Of a stretch of 64,000 bases of DNA, positions 55,201 through 64,000 are shown one piece after another. Source of the stretch: Spirogloea muscicola (lineage: Eukaryota); contig WELB01000004.1 in assembly GCA_009602725.1 (NCBI GenBank), forward strand, positions 99,542 to 163,541, given 5' to 3'. Every line of letters begins with the position of its first letter. The first letter of the stretch is position 1. The notes beneath the pieces were generated by a model, which ran no database searches, was not told the origin of the DNA, and saw nothing but the letters and a program-made list of their open reading frames with translations. A program made the position numbers and the translations under genes.

Positions 55201-58200
55201 CTGCGAGCACATTACACACCAGCTTTTGGGAGCTGCATGGCACGGAGTACGCGCATGGCATTACGGCTTGTTGTTGGTGCTGCCATGTTGAAAACGTCAC
55301 CCTTAACGGCATGTAAACCTGGTTGGAAGGTGTATTCACAGACGAGCACAAAAAACCTCAAACTAGTGTTACTGCTGTTTGAGTGGACGAGTAAGCCAAC
55401 AATAGTGAAGAATCACACTGACAACCTTGAACTTTTCTGATAGCAAACAACACTTGTGCGCGTCGGTGGAGTCAACCAACCATGGAATGAGTTGCTGACT
55501 GACCTTTTGCAATGAAGAAGGGATCAATGCCAAATTTGTCCATGTCAAGGCCCTCCATGTCTCTTCTGCTGCTTTCTCCATCAGTGGAAGGCAATCTGGA
55601 GGGCTCGCATGACCCAACAACTCTTGCCCTGTGCTCCTGAAATGGCAGAATATAACTGGATTTGTGAATCACTAGCTTCCTGCAGACATCCATCTGCAGG
55701 TTACTGAGCATAATTCTCAAGTTAAAGGGATGTGAAAGCGTCTCAATTGCTGGTATGAAAGAATTTAGCTTGAATATGGCACAGACCTGAGGTATCTGCC
55801 CAAGAAGGAACTGGAAACACTTGGCCCTGAGCTGCGATGCAACTTCTTCGCCCAACCCCATCCCTGTAATTTGCACGCCAGCATTTCCAAGCTGGATGAC
55901 AACTTGCTACCCACATAGGCAGATATTGAACAGAAGATGCATGCTGGTTCTGACGACGTACCTCTTAGGCTAGCGGGATGCAAAATACAAAACGCAAAAT
56001 GCAAAATCTATGCATAAGAGGCTACTCTGAACCTCTAATGTGCCCATACCGAGGCCAAGGCCGTCCAACAAAACAAGATGTGCTCCGTGGGCGTAAGCCA
56101 ACCACATCCCTATGGACGCCTCAGCTCTCTTGATGAAGGTAACCCAAGACAGCAGGTCTCGGATAGAGAGGACTCTGCTGCTCTGTGGTAGCATCTGACA
56201 CCACTGCACACAGTGACATCCAACAATTGGTGCTTGGCCAAGTAATCAATTACAACGCAAGCATGATACAAATAAGGTTAATGCCATAAGTGTTGGTGCA
56301 CAAAGCTCAAGGTGTCTCCGACACGTGTGCTAATTGAAAGTATGTGCTTTTGCAACTACTTAAATGCTTGATGCGCAGCATCTGAGGCAACGAACAAGTA
56401 AATGCGATTCCCACACTCTTCCTTATATCAGCCTCCCTATTCCTAAAGTGACTGCTTGCCATGACCACAGAATAAGCACCTGCCAAAATTGGAGAAGGGG
56501 CTCCAGAAGCTCCTCCAGTCCTGAATTTTCAAGCCTGGAAAGGAGCAAGCAAGTTGTTGGAATCCTTATTGTTCCTGCTTAGGTCTGAGATACTTCTGAC
56601 TTGCTCAGTGTCATGTCTGTTTTATAGAGGCTATTACCATGACGAGCTGCAGCCGAAGTGTGATGCTATACCTGTCTTGGACAATTGAACGGAGGTCTGC
56701 TATGTCTGTAAGTGCGGGGACCCAAATCTCCGTAAATCTGTTCCTGAGAGCTGGGGAAAGTTCCTTCTTCCCAAAGTCTCCTCCAGGGTTCATTGTTGCC
56801 AGCAACCGGAAACCTGGAGCTGCGATCAACTCCTCCACCTCCTCGCCCCCTTTCTCAGCAAGGACCTATGAAAAGCAGCAGAGTAGTGGTTTCAGAACAA
56901 CTTGGTTGTACTGAATATTCAATCGAGATATTATTTCTGCATGCACAGTTGCAAATTACCATGGTAAAGACCATGATCTTGAGACAAAGCGTGTGATAGA
57001 TGATTAGAAGCTGGTTGAATGTGTATCATATGGGATGCTGCCTTGAAGGCTTTCAGCCATACCAATAGCCGCTTAGGCTCCAGCACACTGTTGAGTCTTT
57101 CCAAGATGCTGTCTTCGGCCAAAGATATCTCATCTACAAGGATCATGTCACCGTCTTTCATGGCTGTGACTAGCGGGCCGTCGTGCCACGCAAACAGTGA
57201 GTGCCAGCTCTGCTGCAGCTGCTCCATCTCGCTCACTCTCCGCCTCAAATCCACCAAGCCCGCATGTGCAGCCTGCACCGAGCCTGCAGGAAGCTGTGGC
57301 TTTCGTGGCCCCGGTTCACCAACCTTCATCTGCTCCTCAATGGTCCGAACAGCGGCCCTTGCTGCTGCCAGAGTGGCAGAAGCATTCTCAATACCAGGTA
57401 GGACCTGCATCAAGAGCAATCATGTTACCCGCGCTCCTCTGCAGGATCTCAGCAGCAACATAGAGAGACTCAGCATCATGAGACTCATATTGACACCTCA
57501 GAAGACGACGCTGTGAGCTTGACAAGTATCACATGGATGGACACGTAATGGTTGACTCCACTGCAGGTTCAATCCTTACTTTGGTGGTATTCACGGACTG
57601 AAATGTCTCAGAAGTGATTAAGCCAGCAGAGAGTGAAGAGAATTGGGAGCTTATTCTATCCTTGTCACGAATTGGGCGAAACCCCTGTCACGTCAAGGCC
57701 AGACAAAGTAAGTTGCATCTTCAGAGTTGTCCACTGGAACTGCAGATCCTAGTCGAAAGCAATCACAGCAACGTTCTGTTGCACAAGAGGATGTGCTGAA
57801 GCCCACTACTCAGCACAAGGAGCAGGTCAACTTACGCCAAGAAAGTCCGAGGTCTCTGTATGCTGGTGACAGTTGATGATATGCAGCTGCTGCTGGCGGA
57901 GCAGCCCCAGCAATTGGCAGACGGTCGTCTTTCCGGTGCCAGTGTCACCCACCAGCAGCACTGGCTCGTTGTGGCGCAAGCACCGCTCTACGAGGTTGAA
58001 GAGGCGCTTGAAGCTCCGGGTCCAAACAATCCTGATATTGCAACATCTGCTGTCAGGAATCGGGAAGCAAGACTGCACGGCTTGCACATCTCCTAGTTGC
58101 AGTCACAAACTGCACGACCAAAGGTCCTCAATTGCTTAAGGGACAGGTGGACCTTAAATGCTAGCAATTCTGGTGACCCTTGTATGCAGGACCCTGCAAC

Positions 58201-61200
58201 TGAACATGAAACCTTACCAAAACCCATGGAGCATACAGGGTGCAGGCATCAAGACGTGGTCAAGTAAACAGTACAAGTAGGACACCCAGACCTTCCAAGA
58301 GTGGCAGCCATGTCAAATGCAGCAACCCGCTCCCTCAGCAGGTCAAATTGTGCAATAGCACACTCCTACGGCACAAAGAGCATTGAAGATCTCATAAGCA
58401 AACCACAACAAATGCTTGTATGCCTTCTTGAAGTCAGTCTCTACGACTCCGAGCCCTCATCTTTCTCCCGTCCTTGATACACAAACTATGATAAGTACCT
58501 TGCCGGCTACAGCACATTGAGCCATCACTTTCTTACAGTGTATGAGCCACTTATTCAAGCGAGACCTGCCTGCTTAAGCACAGCACTAATTACTTTAGAA
58601 CTTACAAAGGGAGACAGTGAGTCTTGCACACTGACCTCATGAAATGCCGCTGGATTGAGTTGCACACGGAGCTGCCTCTCCAGAGCAGACTGCACCACTG
58701 CCTTTTCTGTATCACTCCTGAGCCGCTCCGCCAGGAGCAGGTACCCGTTCGTGGCCAGCTCTTCGTAACCCTGCTCCACAGAGCGCGCTAAGTCAGAAGA
58801 CGTGTGCATTGTGTGCATACTGTCCAATGTCAGGCAATAAGTACATCCCAGTCCAGGGTAAGTACAAAGCGGTTGTCTCAGGAGAGACCGTAATATATAC
58901 ATACATTGGCATGCCGGTCAGCCCAGCGAAAAAGGTCCCGGGCTGTGATGAAGCCATGCTTGCCAGCAAACATCTGACTCTGTTGCCGGTGGCGCTGCAG
59001 CTCCTTCATCACCTCGACCATTTTCATTGCATAGCTGCAAGAGATGAGGACAGTGTTGGTGTTAATGATGATGCCATGTGGAAGCAGCATTGCCAACATC
59101 AGTCATCTGGTTCTCCTGCCTCCTTGATGGCAGAGAATCTGCGGTTCAGAAAACGTTCCAACAGAAGTTGAATGCCTTGAAGCTTCTGAGCAAGCCTACC
59201 TCCCAGGTATGAGGCTCTTCTTCTCTAGGATCACTCTCAGTTCAGATTCAGGTATGTCGTCGACGTGGAGCTCCATGAAGCGATTCCGGAACGCCCTTGA
59301 CAACACCTGCGATGCCACAGGCAAGCAATGAATGCATGCATGCATAAGGACATTGGAAGCAATGCATGCTTAAAACATCTGTGAGCTTACTCAACATCCT
59401 TGTCTATGTCATGAGTAGCTACATTTCTGTCTTCCCTGCAACCCACAAGCTGGCACAATCGCACACCTTTCGGCCCCCATAGATGCCAGGGGGATTCTGG
59501 GTAGCAAAGAGCAGGAAATGAGGATGCGGCTTGATGGTCATCTGTCAAGCCAGAAGCACCCCAGCATGTAGAAGTCAGCATGGAGCGTCTTTGTGAAGGT
59601 CTACTTTGGCTTCTCTCAGAAACAATGAAGCAGAACAACAAGCAGGCTAAGGACTTTCATGCCTGCAGCTCTGGGATGAAGAGCTCGCGGTTGTCATCCA
59701 AGAGCCTGTTGAGGGCTTCCAAGACATCTGACGGAGCCTGTGCGCAACAACATGCCTGTGTCACAGCTCCACTTGCAGACTGATTTATCACATCCAGAAT
59801 TAAACAGATAAGATACACATCGATGAGCCCAAAAGCTTGCACAAAGTTTCTACCAGATTCAACTCATCCAGGATGATCCAGTAGCCTTTCCTGACGGCCT
59901 CCACTAATATTCCCTCCTGTTATGATGACAGGCACATAACGCACTGTCAATAATGTGCCAAGTAAAATCGAAATACGTGCATGTGACTGCATATAGGAAA
60001 CTGTAATATGAGCATGATTACATCTAGCAGGGGCTGTGAATGGGTACACTGATACAACTGACCTGGAACTTCAGTTTACCAGCAGCATCGGTCACGTAAG
60101 AACCCAGGTACTCCTGGGTAATGTGTCAAACATTAATGAGTCAAATAGTCCCCATTGGCACATTGTGCTGGTGGCATGAGCTGCCATAATCTGAACTACA
60201 GTGCTACAAGAGAGGACAGCAGAAAAACCAGGTTTTGTCGTCATCAACCTGTAGATCAGTGTGTTCATGGTTGTTGATTCGCACAGCTCGATGCCCAGTG
60301 CGTCCTGCCATGTACTCAATCAAACTCGTCTTTCCGCTGGAAGTGGGCCCCTGCATGTCATTGAACAAGGTCTTGAAGGTCATGAAGAAGACACACAAAG
60401 TCGACAGGAGCATGTTAAGCTTGGCTTATATAAGCTATCTAGCATGACATTCATGACAATGTATTGCAGATGCACACTATCAGACTGCTTACCTGCAGCA
60501 AGATGGGGTACTTCCGGACCAGCACAGCTCGAGCCAGATTCTTCAGGTGCTCCCGGACACTTTCGGTGAGTACGTAGCCTCCCGTGCTGTCTGCCGGCGT
60601 CTCACTGGGACCAAGCTCAAGAGCATCTCCGCCCTCAACCCAAAAGTGCTCAAACAGGACATGGTGAGGGCTCGGCTGAGGAGGAGGGCGGAGAAGCGAC
60701 TTGAAGGCGGGCGAGGAGTCCCCCACTTGCTTCAGTAGATACTTGGCAATGAGGTGCTCCATGGTCGGCCTGCACTGGCGCTGCAGACAAAGCACAGGCA
60801 GCCAGCCATCTTCATCCACTCAGCCTCCTTCACTGACCAAAACCCAAGCACAAGTAGACAGACGCTTCCATCTACTCAGCCTCTCTTCCTGAAATATGTT
60901 ACTGATGGAAACTGGCATTGCTGAAGATCTGTATGCACCGCTGTGAATTCAGTCCGTGTTGTCACACTCCTGGCTTATAACGTAGGCATGTACCTCAAGG
61001 AGCGTGAGGAATGACATGCTGAAGCCGTCAAAGAGGGCTCTCTGGAAGCCATATGTTGCCACAGCAGACTTTGTGTACTCCAGAGCCCTTGTCAAAGTCC
61101 GTAGGCTGTACTGCGGCCTCTGGTTAGCTCCATCTAGCAGTGTTTCCTGCACCACAGCAGGTGTCAAGCAGCCCGAAATTCTGCATGGATGTCCTATACT

Positions 61201-64000
61201 GTTTGTCCTTGAGACCTGGTCATGGTGGTAGAACTTTCTGGAAGAAGCAGTGGTGAGTGGAGGGAGAGGAGTACCTCAGCTTCTCTTCGTGCTGCCAAGT
61301 AGAAGTTTACTACATCATCCACAGGTGGAGACGGACTTGTGCCTTCCATATACTGCAACAAGGGCAAGTCAAATAAGGACTGACTTAGCTGGTCAAGGTC
61401 ACTGTGATGAGAAAGCAAAGGCTTTTGTGGTGCACGATGAGCATGCAGGACTCCAGTTGCAAGGATATTTAAGAAGCAGTGTAACTAACAGATCATCGCA
61501 GCTGCCTGACCTGATATACAATCGGGCAGAGATCGTCAGGTTCTGTGAGCTCGTCTACAAAAATCTCAGTGAACCTCTGCCGGAGCCCCGGTGGCAAGTC
61601 CTTCTTGCCCACATCGGTGGCAGGGTTCATGCATGCAAAAATCCTGAAGCCTTCATGCCTCACAACCTGCATAAAGCATGAGACAAAGATGTATCTCAAA
61701 CCCCAAGACTTCCAGTCCATCAAAACACCATAACCAGACTTCTTGACAAAACGACTGGACACTTTCTGGACACTCTCTGGAAGCTCTTTCTGGACTGTCC
61801 GCTTGCAGAAATGGTGAGCTACTGATGACCTCAAACAGCACTTCCAAAAACCTTGCTGATACTATGAGACTCTTCACTGAAGCTCGTCAGAATCCGCACT
61901 GAGCAACTCAAGAGCAATCTTTGCCAAACAGTGCAAGAGGCCCTCATTGACCCACTGAGTCAAAGTCACCAAAACACTCACAGTCGCAACATCGCCACGT
62001 TCAGTAAGAGCGAGCGATCCAGCCTCTCCTTCCAAGACTCCAGTTAGCCTCTCCAGGGTATCCGCAGGAGCCAGATTGATTTCATCCAGCAGCAGCCATC
62101 TTCCCATCGCCAAAGCCTTCACACAGAACGGAGACGATTGTGATCGGCCCCATCCTTTACTTGTCTAGATTTGGCAAGTCAGAAATCAAACAATAACCAC
62201 CTAAGTCAACAAGAAAAATATGTCACAGAGCCAGCCCAGGGGTTGTGATGAACGCCCCTGTCCTGCTAGCAAGCAGACAGAGTAAGTGAAAGCTGGGCTA
62301 TGCATGTGCACCTTAACGAGAGCTCCCTCAACAAAGGAGAACGCAAACGCATTCTCTGAGGCTTCCACTTGCCGCTTGACTCTATCCAGGTCCTTCCTGA
62401 AGTCTCGCCAGTCTTTTACTGTCTGCCAGATTTGAGAGGAGAAGTTCACAATATCAGAGCCTCAAAAGGAATAAGAACGACTCACGAATGCAGATGGTCC
62501 TGTGCAAGGACAAGGATGTAGCTTAAGCATGACCTGGCACCACTAAGTAGCGCATACCGCGTCGTCAAGCTGCTTCCTCTTCTTTCTCTGGCGGGGACCT
62601 TCTTGCATCCCCTGTTCTTGCTGAAGAAGACTGCCTTTGCTATCCTTGAGCAGACCGGATACTTTCTCCATAGCTAAATCAAAGGCCTTGAGCAGATGTG
62701 CCCATCTGCTCTTCTCGGCAAACTTTTGCAGTCGGGCAAGGAAGTCATGATTGTGCTGCAGCAACTCAGAGAAGGTGATATTAGAGTAATCCATGTACAT
62801 GTCACTGCAGCTGAAGACATAGGAATATATTAAGCTGGCCATGACATTAACTCACACTAACAATTGAGAGCAAGATGGACTTCGAGCTGGCAGCCCCATT
62901 TCAATGCAGGTACCTGGTAGGAGAAAGTGCGTCGGAACAATCTATTGAAGGTATCTAGGAGGGGGCCGCAAAGGGCCTGGCTCTCAATGGGCTTGAAGCC
63001 GCCAAGAAGATCAGCGCTGTCGCTCTGCTGGCTCATATTCTGCAGCTCAGACAGCCAGACTTGGCGAGAATCAGCAACGTGTGAGACCAACGGGTGAGAG
63101 AAACGCGTTTGCATTGCTGTTGAAGAGTCATGTCTACAAGCTCTCACTGCCCTGCACAACAATAGTTTCTAGAAACAAAGCTTGTATGTCCTAGACACAG
63201 AGGCTGTCTTAGAGGGGTCTCGGCTTATGGGATTGGGCCTGCTCACCACAATGGTGAGAGGAACATTGGCCTGACGAGCGAGCCACTGCACGGCCGCTGT
63301 CTTCCCTGTGCCCGTCTCCCCAACCAGCAGGACAGGCTCAAGGGACCTGGTTGCCACTGCGATTTTCTCCAGCAGCCGGGCTACGTGGCCGGTTGCAGCA
63401 AACAATGGCCTGCCAGTCCCTTGATGCGTGCCCATGCCCTGGCTCAGGAGATTCCACGCAAAACTGGATGAGCCCACATGGGATGCTAACATAATTGCAC
63501 GGAGCAACAGCCACAGAAGAGCAAGGAAAAGGTGACGAACGTGACAGCAGACAGTCACACCTCTTGACGCCGGACAGGAAGACTTGCACGACCAATGTGC
63601 GCTTCCCGGGTATTTATCTGCATTAAGAAGACGCAGAGCACTGAGCCTACTGTGACCAAAGCATGCCGCTGCTTCAGCAATGCCAATAAGTCAAGAGCTG
63701 GTGAAAGGAAATCCACACATGATATACTTTCACAGCAGAAACCAGGCACCACCCTCCAGCATACCACTGATTACAATGTGTGCTTAAGCCTTGAGTTCAG
63801 AGCATCAGGCCAAGCAAATACTTGAAGAGTGGGCTTGTGAAGCGCCAGGAAGTATCTGACACGGTCAACAGACACTCCCCACAGGCTGCCAATGGTGCCC
63901 GCCATGTGCTGCCAGTACACAGGGCGCGCAACGGAGCCCACAAAGCAATCCAGGGCCTGCAGAACAACACCTACTTGCTCTATCAGGATCACAAGAGCCG
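34250..64000 (-). CDS. MDN1: Midasin (MDN1/Rea1) AAA+ ATPase, partial (N-terminus and first AAA module beyond the window)
   Basis: Walker A motifs GETGTGKT (~63300), GPTSSGKT (~60340), GDTGTGKT (~57940), GSPGIGKT (~54940) and GPAASGKT (~52945) with matching LDE/ATMNP/RNRF motifs. These are followed by a long linker, a D/E-rich exon (35731-37743) and a MIDAS domain (IDDSRSM, IIADGRFHE, FPFPYY); stop at 34250-34252. Confidence 0.98.

Noticed and set aside
34250..64000. Intronic C/D snoRNAs in MDN1 or MCTS1 (C-box-like RTGATGA near 9455, 39622, 45657, 47202)
   Set aside because: No convincing D box, terminal stem or rRNA complementarity by eye; snoscan or Infernal would be needed to exclude them.

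Overview
Intron-rich, GC-rich eukaryotic nuclear DNA, most likely a streptophyte (charophyte-grade) green alga. This is inferred from plant-type ceQORH and At2g39910-like proteins and TTTAGGG-type telo-boxes; the species cannot be determined. Ten spliced protein-coding genes were reconstructed by eye: a secreted protein with three tandem CHRD-like domains (+), EIF2D (-), MCTS1 (-), a TTI2/At2g39910-like gene (+), V-ATPase subunit d (-), a histidine acid phosphatase (+), two convergent ceQORH-like paralogues, PUS10 (+) and about 30 kb of midasin/MDN1 (-, 5' end beyond the window). Two single-N assembly breaks (9325, 17817) hide parts of MCTS1 and the phosphatase. The most unusual signal is non-coding: about 14-16 short, related fragments that look like 5'-truncated 3' ends of RLE-type (CRE-like) non-LTR retrotransposons. 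They share a GGCT(G)-loop-(C)AGCC stem-loop and a pyrimidine-rich tail, one has a 12-bp flanking direct repeat, and they stack in GC-rich promoter islands, while none was noticed in about 35 kb of PUS10/MDN1 introns. All identifications come from manual motif recognition; no searches were run.
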